Assembly (NCBI GenBank): GCA_051047955.1
Contig: JBPGPT010000039.1
Location: forward strand, 62,001 to 122,801
Source of the DNA: Cystobasidiomycetes sp. EMM_F5
Taxonomy: Eukaryota
Direction of reading: 5' to 3'
Length of the DNA: 60,801 nucleotides
Below, in pieces: positions 1 to 12,275 of the stretch. How positions within the stretch are numbered: the first letter of the stretch is position 1; every line of letters starts with the position of its first letter. Below the pieces are notes generated by a model that was not told where the DNA came from, did no database searches, and saw only the letters and a list, made by a program, of their open reading frames with translations. The position numbers and the translations under genes are program-made.

Positions 1-446
1 GCTAGCAGTCAAGGCGAAAGATGCATCTTGATCGTCAGTATAGGTGTCTCCCGGCTGCCCTCAGACCCACCAACCCAGCCGCACACCTCTACATAGTACG
101 ACCCCAGGACCTGCATACACCGCACATCAACACACATTACAAACACAACACACCACGTCGACGACCTGCATTGCACTAATCCAGATTGCAAGTCCCTTGA
201 CGTCGGCGCGCATCAAAGGGGGACTCATTTCAAAGACCCAAGCTCAGCGTTGCAACACTCCTACACACCCTACACGCACACCTTCATTCGACAAGCACTA
301 CAATATAATCACCTTTCTGCTCGAGCTCAAGGACTAGCAATTCCACGAGATAACCGCGAAAGACCGCGCAGCGCTCTCGCACCAGCTCGGATTTGACTAC
401 ACTCTCGCTGTCCACTACGAAAACGTTCTGATACAGTTCATTCGCC

Positions 447-1469
447 ATGGCTTATGCATCGCCAATCCAAGGCCAGGTGGGTACTGTACCCCCACCATCC
501 GCTTTAGGCGTTAGCGGCGTACTGCCCGGCCAAGCGTCCATCAACACGACGCGCATCCTTTCGTTCACTGGGTTTAGTAAAGACCTCAAGACGCGCGACA
601 TCCAGTCCATCTTTGTCGATTACGAAGACGACCGTGGCGGTTACAGAATTAAATGGCTAGATGATACTGGCTGCCTCATGGTCTTTAACGATCCCATTAC
701 TGGTGAGTCTTACGCGTACTGTGCTACTAGCGCAGAAAGCTGATAAACGGCGCCTTCGCAGCCAAGCGCGCGTTTCTCAACCTCCTCGCCAACCCGCATC
801 CGCACCTGCAAGTTTCTACTGCAAGCGATGGCAGCATTGTAGAACCCAAGCTGGCTCCTTACCTTGGTGAAGATGCATCTCAGGTAGTTGCATCTGTTGC
901 CAACCGGCCCCGGTCGCGAAGCATCTCTACCAATGTGCAGAATGGCTCTCCCGGAGGAGCCGCTTCCGGCCAGCACAGTCGCAGATTGTCAAACTCTACC
1001 GGAGTATCCAACATTCACTCGCGTATGGCGAGCAGCGGAAGTAGTGGCAGTATCCACGCCCAGTCTATGGGTCTGAATGGAAGTAACGGTCGTGGAGGAT
1101 TTGGACGTCCATCTGTCAGCCAAGGTCAGATGCAGTCCATCATGGACGAAGCAGTCATTGCAGAGGAAGAATCATCTCCTCCTGCTGCGACTACCAACCT
1201 CAACGGGACTAGCTCACCACCCAGCCCAACAGCTGCAGCCAATGCAAACGCAAACGGCGGGGCTATCGATTGGTCTGCGGTACAACAGCAGCAGGCAGTG
1301 AATGCGCGCACCAGAGGCGCTTCTCCACACTTTACTTCTCCTCCCATCAGCCCGGAACGCGGTCTGGGTGCCAACTCTCCGACGCGTCTCCGCCGTCTGA
1401 TGATGCCTTCCAGGTGAGGCAAGCAAGACAAAGGGACAAGCCGAGCAAGTTGGTGGACCAAGTCGCTGA
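447..1469 (+). CDS. R3HCC1/Thc1/NCBP3-type single RRM protein with a low-complexity S/G/N-rich C-terminus (spliced)
   Basis: Exon 1 reads RILSFTGFSKDLKTRDIQSIF...YRIKWLDDTGCLMVFND, matching the 'IKWvDDT.al.VF' RRM signature. An intron (GTGAGT ~703 to CAG ~761) joins it to AKRAFLNLL... and on into the 935-1417 frame. The end is either the TGA at 1417 or, through a further intron, the TGA at 1469. Confidence 0.7.
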
Positions 1470-1749
1470 TGTCGACGTCGTCGACGAGTCGGGCAGTCTC
1501 GCAAGACGGGTAAATGCGCAATGTATTCGATGCAGCAGTCTGTTTGTTCCAATGTAGCTCGGTACTCAGCTTTCGAGCTGTTTTCTCGCCCATCAGACCA
1601 GTCCACTGGTCTGTTCTGTGCCGTCTTTGCTGTCATTACGCTTGCCAGTTGCTGTTCCAAATCCAAAGCGCACCTTGGATTCCAAACTGCCTGCGACCTT
1701 TCAACTCAGCTCAAACCCAGCATACGCAGTTCTGGACACGCAGGCAGCA

Positions 1750-4700
1750 ATGTCGTTCAGCAAGAAGGACGACGAGGGCGCTGGTGAGTGGGCCGAGTGA
1801 GCGAGTGAATGGCCAGTCTGGGTGAGCTGAAAGAGCTGGCTTGGATATCTTGAAACGGCAAACACGACGACAACGCGGACGACAATGTAAACCACAAATG
1901 GTCAATGTGCGATAATTCAATATACCTATCCCAGTCGGCGTCTTCTTCCAGGACAAGACCACAGTCATCCAAGAGGCGCGCGTCTTTAATGAGTCCCCCA
2001 TCAGCCCGCGAAAGTGCAGGATACTCCTCACAAAGATCATATACCTCCTCTACATTGGCGAGAGCTTTGGCACGACCGAGGCGACTACCCTCTTCTTTGG
2101 CGTCACCAAGCTGTTTCAGCACAAGGATGTCGGTTTGGGCGATCGTGGGTTTTGGACGACGTTGAGAGCTGATGCGAGACAATGTGCACACTGCAGCCCG
2201 CGCTACGTCAGATGGTATACCTCGTCATCAAGGAACTCGCCAAGGTCGCAGAGGATGTCCTCATGGTCACGTCGTCCATCATGAAGGACATGCAGCCAAA
2301 TCTAGAGGTCATCTACCGCCCAAACGCTATCCGAGCAGTCTGCAGAGTCATTGATGTGTGTTTGGTTTTCGAAAGCGGACTTTGACACCCCGAACCGCTG
2401 ACACTTTCGCACTTCCACAGGGCCAGATGATTCAGGGCGTAGAGCGCTTCTTCAAGGCAGCCATCGTCGACCGCAATACTAGCATCTCCTCCGCCGCACT
2501 CGTGTCCTCCTACCACCTCCACCCTATTGCCAAAGACGTCATCAAGCGATGGGCCAACGAAGCTCAGGAGGCGCTGTCGCCGAAATCAGCAGGGAGCGGG
2601 TTCAATGCTGGTTCGTCGGGCAGTGGATTCGGAGGAGGATTCATGAGTGGATACGGATCTTCTTCTCCCTCAACTCAGCAAGGCTTCCAGAGCTACCAGA
2701 GCAACTCGTACATTACCCAGTACCACGCTCTCGGACTTCTCTATGCGATCCGTCATCAGGACCGAATGGCAATCACAAAGCTGATTCAACAACTGTCCGG
2801 ATCGTCCGCTACGACGGCAAGAGGAGCTGCGTCTGCTTTGAGAAACGCAAACGCTTCCTGCATGCTAATTCGATACGCAGCAAAAGTCATGGAAGATGAC
2901 CCAAAGTAGGTCGAGCTTTCCACCTTACTGTTTGCGATTTGAGCTGATCTGATGACCCGTCTTCCAATTCTACAAAGTCTGCACCGCCAAATGCACGAAC
3001 TCCTGGAGAGCTACTTGCGGCATAAATCGGACATGGTCAACTATGAGGCAGCTCGCGCAATCTGTGAAATGAAGAATGCAACTGCCCAAGAGCTGAACCG
3101 TCCTATAGCTGGTAAGATCCCTGATTCTTTGTTTGGCTGATGACCTGCTCTGACTTATGCGTGATATTCAGTCCTGCAACTATTCCTCACCTCTCCGAAA
3201 GCAACGCTCAAATTCGCTGCCATCAGGACTCTGGCAAAGCTGGCTCAGACCCAACCAAACGCTGTAGCTGCATGCAATCTGGACATGGAGAAATTGATAA
3301 ATGACGATAACCGTTCTGTTGCTACCTACGCCATCACTACTCTACTCAAGACTGGCAACGAGGCTTCCGTTGATCGCTTGATGAAGCAGATCAGTGCCTT
3401 CATGGGCGAAATCAGCGACGAGTTCAAGGTCATCGTAGTCAATGCTATACGGTCTCTGTGCCTGAAATTCCCAGCCAAACAGAGTGTCATGCTTACTTTT
3501 CTATCTGGCATTCTCCGTGATGAAGGGGGCTACGACTTCAAAAAGGCAGTAGTGGAAGCCATCTTTGATATGATCAAGTACATCTCGGACAGCAAAGAAG
3601 CGGCACTGGCTCAGCTCTGCGAATTCATCGAAGATTGCGAGTTCACCAAACTCTCAGTTCGCATCCTACACCTCCTTGGTGTCGAGGGTCCAAAAGCTGC
3701 TCAGCCGACCAAATATATTCGGTACATTTACAATCGTGTCATTCTCGAAAACGCGATCGTGAGAGCAGCAGCTGTCAGCAGTCTCGCCAAGTTTGGCGTC
3801 AATGTCAAGGATACTGGTGTCAAGAGCAGCATAAAGGTACTCCTGACCAGGTGTCTTGATGATGTAGACGATGAAGTGCGGGATCGAGCAGCCATGTACC
3901 TGCGAGTACTCAAGGATGAGCCGCTGGCAGATGTGCTTGTTCGCGATGGTGAGAACGATGTGTCTGAAGTATTTGAGAGTGCAGGCTGATCCAACTCTTT
4001 TCATTCCGCAGAGTCATCCTTCTCACTGGCCGCCCTCGAATCCAAGCTCGTTTCGTACATTACAGACAACTCAGCTGTAAAGCAAGCCTTCGACTTCGCT
4101 TCCATTCCCAAAGTCAGCAGAGAACAAGCCAGACAAGAAGCTTTGCGTTCGCGAGCGGAAGCTTCTTCGTCTCTGTTGCCCTCGACAAGCGATACTGTTG
4201 GCATGAACGGGTCTGCTCAACCTGCTGCTGTCACAGCTGCAGAAACGGCATCCCTTTTCACTCAACAACTCGCAGCTGTTCCAGACTTTGCGGGATATGG
4301 GGATGTTCTTAAAAGCTCTGCAAGCCCAATTGAGCTCACAGAGAGAGAAACGGAATATGTCGTTTCCGCAGTCAAACACATCTTCAAGGAGCATATCGTC
4401 TTTCAGGTATGTGCTGCATCGAGCCATGTGTATAGGCTCTGACTTTTTACGCACAGTTCAATATCCGGAATACGATACCCGATACGGTTCTCGAAAATGT
4501 TTCGGTTGTCATGACTCCTTCAGGCGAGACTGGTCTGACGGAAGACTTCATTCTACCTTTCGCAAGCTTATCGGCCCAGGCTCCTGGTCTTGTATACGTT
4601 TCCTTTACTCGCGACTCACCGGACGAGTATGCAGCTGGCTCATTCACCAACACTCTCCGTTTCTTGAGCAAGGAAGTCGATCCAGAGACGGGCGACCCAC

Positions 4701-5154
4701 AAGAGGACGGGTACGATGACGAATATCAGACGGAGGACATCGAGTTGGGCGCTGGCGATTACATTTCACCAAGTTATGCTACTTTTGCAAGCGAGTGGGA
4801 TCGTCTACGATCCGGCTCATCGGCAACGGAAACGTTTGCGCTCACCGCTTTGGAGAGTCTAAAAGGTATGCAAAGTTGTGCTGTACGGCTTGACCAAGGC
4901 TCATAATCTCACAAACAGCTGCATGCGATTCTCTGGTCGAAATTCTAAATATGGAGCCTCTGGGCGGTACGGAATCGCCCACTTCAGCATCGGTACATAC
5001 TTTGAATTTGTCAGGTCTTGTGTGCGGTGGAGGAGGCAAAGTGCTGGCCAGGAGCAGGATGACGTATGCCAGCGGGCAAGGAGTAACGATGGAATTGTCA
5101 GTACGTGCGGAGCAAGCCGCAAGCGCCCAGCTAGTCATTTCAGCTATAGCTTGA
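1750..5154 (+). CDS. SEC21: Coatomer subunit gamma (COPI), multi-exon
   Basis: Starts MSFSKKDDE. Motifs [87 protein letters not shown] and the appendage C-terminus are all present, separated by canonical introns. Confidence 0.97.
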
Positions 5155-5418
5155 TGTAGGAACGATATCAGCGGGAAGTAAGCCGTCTGTCGTTTCACTA
5201 TATACCGCAAGCCTGTGTATTGTAACACTAGAACAGCGAAAGCATTCCCCCGCGCTTCCTTTGTGCTCAATCTGTTTTCTCGCATCCATATCTTCTTCTC
5301 AGACCGTATGCGCGAGCCAACATGTGTCTTCGAAGGGCAATTCGAGCTGTAATCGAGACATGTCTCTCCATACCAATTTCACCGTCCGCTCAAGACTCCT
5401 CAACACATGATCCGCTTT

Positions 5419-8400
5419 TCACGAGCTCAACAAAGATCCGCTGCCCCTCAACGCAGCGTAAATGCTATCGCTGCTCATACTGCTTGCCTGACGCCAGACC
5501 CCGTCAAAAGTCGAAGATGCGCCAGTGTCCTGTGCGTAGTCCAGGCTCGTAGCGTTCAGCGCCCAGCGAATTGATTTTCCACCGTTGCTTGAGTGTGCCC
5601 AATCGCGCATTGCTGAGCCTGCAGAAGACCCAAATACATTACCGGATGCGAGCGCGATGGCTGAAATGGCGTATTCAAAGTCGGAAAAATACAGTCCGCC
5701 CCACAGCTGTGCTTCTATGACAGGAAGATACTGCAAGGCCGAGAATAGCGAAGTCGATGTCTGTGGTGGCATCTTGCTGCCAGCATTGACGTAGTTTATG
5801 ACGTCTTTAGCCGTGCTGGGAGACAGCTGTGCTAGAAATACGAAAAGAACGGCGTTCAGATCCTGAAGTGTGCCGAATGAATCTGGTGTGGGGATTGAAA
5901 CTCCGGATGTCGCGGTCGGCAGACTCAGTAAAGTAGCGCCTGCATGAAAGGACATTCTCTGCTTGACTTGCTGCAGGTTGTTGCAGTCAGCTGCTACTCC
6001 TAGGAAGCGGAAGCGGAAGCTCAACGAACCATATTAGTGATTGCCACAGCCTGTCCAGGTAGGCCAGACGAAGTCCAAAATAAACGAAGATTAAAAATGT
6101 TCAAAATACCGTAAATAGGCCGCTCGGTACAGGAGGCATTGTAGTTTGACAGTTGAATAGCTTTGGACAGTCCAAATATAGGTGTTTCGTAGCTGTTGAT
6201 GTATGAAATTTGAGCCGGGCTCAGGGTCGGGAGGCACGATGGCGGGATTGGAAAGATGCCACCGCTGGCTTTTTGGCTTGCTGCCACGGACATTATGGTA
6301 GACGAGCCAATCATGGTGTTGATGTCGAAAGGGAACATGACAGGAGCAGCCTGGATAGCGGCTACAAAGGTGCTGAGCTGTTGCGCGGAGAATCCGAGCT
6401 CAACGAAGAGATGCTGTAGCGGAGTGCTTCGCTGAGCTGAGGAGGCTGCGCTGCGCCCGCCGACCATTTTGAGGGTATTCGATACCGTACTACTGACTCT
6501 CGCAGTCTGATCACCTAGGGCGTTGATCGCGAAGGTGAATGTTGGTAAGAAGACTGTTTCAAGCGCAAAGTCTATGATATACCCGTGAGAGAGATTTGCA
6601 TTGCTCTGGTAAGGTGTCTGAGCGCTGAAGCTGGGATTGTCCTGCTCGGCCAAGTATTTTAGTACCGGCACATGATCAGTCATGGCAACAAACCGACCAG
6701 CCATTGCCAGTACGAAAGTCCGTTCTGAAAGTCACGCAGGCGTGTATCGAAGAATTCAGAAGAAGCCATGTTCCACAAGATTACCGCAGAAGTCCACCTG
6801 GAACGCTGCGGATAAATCTTTGGGTCCAGATTTATCAAGTCAAGTAAAGATGCTTGTTGTCTGCAATCTCCGCCATCACTAGGAACATAGACATTGATAG
6901 CTATCGCCAATCGCGTAGCGTTGACATCTGGGTCAAATAGGGTCGAGGCGGCATCCGCAGTGGACAGCAGGGCAGCTGCCATTTTGTTTCTGCAGTTTGC
7001 GGAGCCATCTACGCAGGCACAGGTTGCGTCTACGTATAATCGTCAGGAAATACCGTTTCGTGGTGGAGTGCTTAAATAGCTCACCGAGCTGGCAAAACGC
7101 TCCGACATACGGTCCACTACAAGAACATACGCAAGTGCCATCTTTTAATTTTGCGTTGCCACCATTGAGACACGTCCGCGGGCATGGAGATGCTAAAGTT
7201 GCACTACTATGGTGCGTGCCCAGTCCAACAGCGAGACCTACGATCAAAGCAAGAAGAAGGGCTGAAAGCGCACTCAAAAACAGCCATTTCCGCCTGCTTT
7301 TTGGCCACCAGCGATTGCGCGATGTCTGTGACGCTGCAATCGTACTGAAGCTACTGCGGTCGCCTGAGTGTGAGGCATCCTGGGGTTCCATCATGTTTTT
7401 GACTTCTGCGTTAGGATAGCTTTGACGGCGCCGGAGAGGCTCGATGACTGGTACAATTTCTGTACTATCAAGCCTTTGTTGTATGCCTGTTGTCAAAGCA
7501 CGGCTTGATGCACTCGATGACCATACAGCTGGTAACGAGAGGCCCGCTTTCTTGTGTTTTCGCGGCGACATCTGTCTATCCGGGTCTCGCAAATATCCTT
7601 GTAGATCAATAGAGTCTTGTGATGAGAGCATCTGACTATGCCGCTTGCCGCTCCGTACTTGGTTCTGATCCCTGTCCATATCGTCCAGAACCCTACTGAG
7701 CGTCCCTGCGCGTTTGAGTAGGTTTCTCAAAGGCATAGCCGCTTCCTTTTGAGCTATTTCGGCCATATAAAAAGGATTGTGATACAGAGATGGTGCTGAT
7801 GGTGCGTGCGAGTCGACAGTATATCGCGTCGACTGCCGGCTCGCAGAGGATTTAGCAGTACGCGTTCGACGACTCTTTCTCCAGTGGTACAATGAAGAAG
7901 ACTGCACAGACGATGCAAATGATGGATTCCGCTTTAAAGGAACTGCGGTATCTGCAGCGTCTCCCAGATCACCCGTACTCTCCTGCCAGGGATTTGTCTG
8001 CACAGGTTGAGTATCGACAAGGCTACTGAGCGTCGGCGAGAGTGTGTTTGCACCGTAGTGAGATCTGTACTTGGCTCGAGCATTGAGATTGGGTGGTGGA
8101 AGTTGTGGTAGCGATGGTACTGAATTGCGGGGATCTTCGCTCTCAGATACCGCATTCAGCATATCGAAGGAGCTAACGCTGCGGAAGAGTTGGGATGGCA
8201 CGAGTGAAGCTCTCGCTAGGCGACTGCCTGGACTACTCGGGAGAGCATGCACGGCTCGCGGATGAGCAACCAAAACGCTTCCAGCCCTGTGCAGCTCATG
8301 CGTGTACCCGAGGGATGAAACGCCCGATTGAACGCTGTGTGACCTAGTATGCGAATTTGTCGTGGGCGTACCGCTCGAAGCAAAGTCGAATCCTTCTAGG

Positions 8401-9387
8401 GTGTCGATGGCGTTTGCCATTCCCAGTGATTGAACGGAAAGAGCCGTGTCCTAGACATTGTCTTGTGTCGTCAGTAACACTGTCAATATGATCAGCGGCC
8501 GCGCTTACAAAGGTGTTAGTCGAGTCTCTAGCCCGATGTGGATGGACAGTCCGATGAACAGGATGATGCTCCGAAGTCTCTTCAGGTGATGGCGGCAGAG
8601 GTACTCTCCAGGGCGAACGAGGCGATGGTACTATGAATGGCGACGTGGGAGGCAGCTCAAGCACTGGAGAGCGCGACAATCTGGGCGCTTGCGACGTGCT
8701 TGAAGCTGGTGAGCGAGCCGGCGTCCTGGGCGGCGATGATGAGCTCGTCTCGGACAGCGTTCCGAGCTCCGCGTGATACGAATGTCGCGAACGATCAGCA
8801 TCCTCGATCTTTAGGTTATCATGTACGCTGACACGTTGCAGTGTCGCTCCTGGATGTGCCATTGCTGTTCGAGACGGGTTGCGACTACCCATCCCAGCAT
8901 CTGCCATTTGCGCCAATGAGAACCGCGATATATCGGACATTGGCGAGGACGGCGGTACAGGCAGTCGAACCAAGTCCTGTGCCAGTGAGCTCCTCTGCGA
9001 CGTCAAAACATCGTTGCGCTGACCCAGCGCGCTCGGCGGTTTACTACCAGATGAGGCAGAAGTGGTCGAGTCGGGCGGCATGGGAAAGGCAGCCGTAAGC
9101 TGAGCAGACGATAGACCTGAAGCCATAGCTCCGCCTATCGTGCTTCTCTGCGGTAGAATTGTCAGATGAGGCAAATCATCTCGATGGGACCTTTTTAGCA
9201 GCCTCCGACCACCAAAGGCATCGTTGTCGAGATGGCTGATATTATCTGCGGACGTGTCTGCGGATGTGAAGCTGTCATTGTAGCCATCTTCTGGCGTTGC
9301 TATCGCATTTTGCGACTTGTCTCGAATTTCCAGCTCGTCGATGCCGTTGCCCGGGTGTTGCATGATATCCTGCGTCCTGGAGTTCAT
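5419..9387 (-). CDS. Large type II membrane protein: long S/P/R-rich disordered N-terminus, one TM helix, EGF-like domain, large extracellular C-terminal region
   Basis: ORFs 8344-9387, 6933-8420, 6680-6982, 6021-6704 and 5419-6024 can be joined by short GT-AG introns. TM segment WLFLSALSALLLALIVGLAVGLG is followed by CPRTCLNGG...CVCSCSGPYVGAFC. The start codon is uncertain. Confidence 0.75.
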
Positions 9388-9766
9388 CTTGGCAGCAGAC
9401 CATCAGGTCAATCAGCAGAGCCGCAAACTCATGGTCATGGTCATGTTCGTCGTCGTCGTCAGCCTCGACGCCAGCGTACACTTCCTGCCATCGCGGTCAA
9501 CTGCCTGCCGCCAATGTCGTTTAACGATGTCGGGTCACTCGCGCGCATGATCCATTGCGATACAATTCGGGGCAGGACTGGTGCTCGTGCATTCGCATGT
9601 TGCAGAGTTTTCATTGTGAAGGGTTGAAGCATCGCAAACCGCCGTTTCCTTACTCATCTAGTATTACTACTAAATTTCCCCGCAAGACCTCCTCAATCCT
9701 CCACATCCGATGCGCAGCCTGCTGCTGAGATGCTGAACACAGGGGTAACGGCTTCGAAGCAGTTTC

Positions 9767-11089
9767 TCACGCCCGTGCAGTTCGACTCGGTACAGCCACC
9801 TTCACGGTCTCGTAATCGTAGCTGATTTCAACTTCCCTCATCGACGACCCCATGTACATGCTTGCTTGCTCGACCCAGAGTTCAGCCCACTCCTGATGCA
9901 AGGCCGTACACTTGTCAAGATATGGCTGTGCATCCTCCTCTTCCGTTTCTGCCTTGCCAATACACTCCAAGTAGTCTGGTGAGCAAGAATTGATCACCAG
10001 TGTGTGCAGGTGGATTAGCGAAGACAGCGCTTTCGCGTAGGCGGACGGATGCTCGATCCAGTGACATAAGCCATAATGTTCGTAATTCTGATATGTCTGC
10101 CTCATGTCCAGGACTCTCAACCAAGGAAACGCATCTGCAAGAGAGCTACAGAATGCCGTTGTTATTGCGACAGCTGGTTGTGCAAACCATAGCTCTCGAA
10201 GAGGAGCGGATTTGAATGTTTCGATGAGCAGCGAAGCGTCAAAGTCTGTATTATCAAGCCAGTATAGAGCTTCCAAGCATATGGACCCCTCACAACCCTT
10301 GTTGAAGGTCAGCACGATCAGCACGGAACTATATTCCAGAGAGCACACCTCTATAGAAAGCCGAATCTTGTTCAATAATCCTTCTCTGCCGTCCTCAATG
10401 TATAGCCAGCGCAGGACAGCCCACATTGACGAGTGTAGAACAAGTCCAGACGAAGGTCCTCTATACCCTAATTTTTCCAGACGGGGAAAGTTTCTCATAT
10501 CGACTGGTCCGGAGGTGTCCAGGTTACGCAGATTGGCGAACCGTACTCCGTCAAAAATGGTAGAAGAGCGAGGAAGAGCCAACTCCGTAATATGACTGCT
10601 GAAGGCTGTAACGACCCTATTCTTGAAGTTCAGGTTGATCGACGTCGGTGCATCGAAGTCGTAAATTGTCAAGAGCAACACTAGCAGTACAGCTGCCAAA
10701 TCCCTGCTGTTTCTCTTCGTAGCAGGCAATGATGTGACCAGATGATACGTGCTAGCGTAGGTGCCAGGATGACTGCTACGGGTCACGGCAAGTATGAGGG
10801 TGTGGCAGTATTTGGTGTAAGGATGCGAGGGCTGTGTGACAAAACCGATGCGTCGACGTAATGAGTCCACACATTTTAACGGAACGCGGAGGTCAAAGTC
10901 TAGGATGCTCCAGAGCTTTCGCCAAGCCGCATCGTAGAATGTCTTGTTCACGTATATCAGGTTGCGCAGCGCGACTTTCGTAGTCCTTAGAGAGGCTCTT
11001 CTGTCCTCAAACAAGTCGTCGTATGGCTGAGCTGCGACGTGTCCACAAATCTCGCCAATCACCTCTGCAGGTAACGGTTGTATGGCCAT
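9767..11089 (-). CDS. F-box/LRR-like (RNI-like) orphan protein
   Basis: N-terminal PLPAEVIGEICGHV...LRNLIYVNKTFYDAAWRKLWS (F-box-like) is followed by degenerate LRRs (FPRLEKL, FPWLRVLDM, LIHLHTLVI). Confidence 0.65.
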   Translation of the reverse strand: MAIQPLPAEVIGEICGHVAAQPYDDLFEDRRASLRTTKVALRNLIYVNKTFYDAAWRKLWSILDFDLRVPLKCVDSLRRRIGFVTQPSHPYTKYCHTLILAVTRSSHPGTYASTYHLVTSLPATKRNSRDLAAVLLVLLLTIYDFDAPTSINLNFKNRVVTAFSSHITELALPRSSTIFDGVRFANLRNLDTSGPVDMRNFPRLEKLGYRGPSSGLVLHSSMWAVLRWLYIEDGREGLLNKIRLSIEVCSLEYSSVLIVLTFNKGCEGSICLEALYWLDNTDFDASLLIETFKSAPLRELWFAQPAVAITTAFCSSLADAFPWLRVLDMRQTYQNYEHYGLCHWIEHPSAYAKALSSLIHLHTLVINSCSPDYLECIGKAETEEEDAQPYLDKCTALHQEWAELWVEQASMYMGSSMREVEISYDYETVKVAVPSRTARA

Positions 11090-11144
11090 GGTGAGCGGGC
11101 GTCCAGTCTCCGAAGAGACAATCACTCGTAGTATTGAGCCTATA

Positions 11145-11510
11145 AGTTGACCAGGCGTAGAGTCTGATGCACGGAGCGGAAATGTCGCTATGAGTAGTCA
11201 GGTATGGCAGTGGTCAATTGGGTTCCGAGATTTATCGTTAAGGCCTGCAGCTTGGAAATGAAGGCAGGCCGCAAGTTAAGCCTTATGGGCCAGTCCTATC
11301 GGAATGTCCGACGATATGGCTAAACAGCATGCATGCTATGAGCGCATCGGTGGGTTGGTAAATTTGCAGGGGGGACGGAGCTGTTGACGATCTGATATCG
11401 CACGAAAACACTGGTCGAAAAGGCCCAACGTTACTTCGAGCACAACGCAGAGAAATAACGCACACAACGCACTACCAGATTGTGTCACATTCTCCTCGTC
11501 TTTTTCCGAC
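11145..11510 (+). repeat. Diverged direct repeat, copy 1 (homologous to ~16741-17095); probable gene relic
   Basis: Shared colinear blocks: AGTTGACCAGGC, GATG(C/T)ACGGAGC, TGTCGCTA, GTCAATT.GGTTCCGAGAT, AATGAAGG, CAGTCCTAT, GACGATATGGC, GCATCGG, CAACGTTACTTCGAG. Indels and stop codons are present. Confidence 0.8.
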
Positions 11511-12275
11511 TGAGCTAGGACTTGCGTGCCAGCGGTTGCTGCGGCCTGTGCGGCGCTTCGCAGAATCTTTTGCTGTTTCGTTCACTGATGCGGCCGTGAA
11601 GCCATTGTAGCTCGCTGCCATCGTTCAGAACTAATTCTCCGCAATTTGCTGCAGTCGGCTTCAAACGAAGCAGTGACAAATCTGAAGCCAAACCATTCTC
11701 AGACACACCGCAAACGACGATATGCTGACATCTGCTGTAGTTGAACTCGTTGGTGTTGCGCGGGATTGCCTGGCTGCATATGCCGCGTCTCTGGCAATGA
11801 AACGTGCATTCTAGTACGGAAGCCAGACGGTGATTACACTGGACGTACAGCTCATGTGTACACACGCTTCGATCCTCTCTAATGCGCCTCTGGATAAGGA
11901 CTGATGAGACCAAGCTGAAGTCCAACGTGGTCTTGTTCCTCTACGGCTGCTTCCCTTGGCGTCCGTGAATGTGGGTCAGTCAATACACGAAGTTACCAAG
12001 TCCATCTGATATAGCTGCCCAGAGATTCAAGACCCGAAGGCCGCTCTTGTGGGTTCTTTGAAGAAACGGCGTGACATCCGGAATGAGTTTACGACGGGGG
12101 ATCTCGGTGGCAGATCCCCATCCGGAGAAGTCAATTGGCGGACTACACTTTGGGGACCCCGACCATTTTCTAGGCAGGCATGGTCGCGAAAAGGGCTCAG
12201 CAGACGCATCGACTCCTTTCTTTTGCACCATCCTTTTGCAGTACTCTTCCTCAACGAAAGTGAAGACCTACAGCA

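Noticed and set aside
11515..12231. ORFs of 83-136 aa between repeat copy 1 and the MFS gene
   Set aside because: There are no recognisable motifs or consistent exon structure. The region is probably promoter or decayed sequence.
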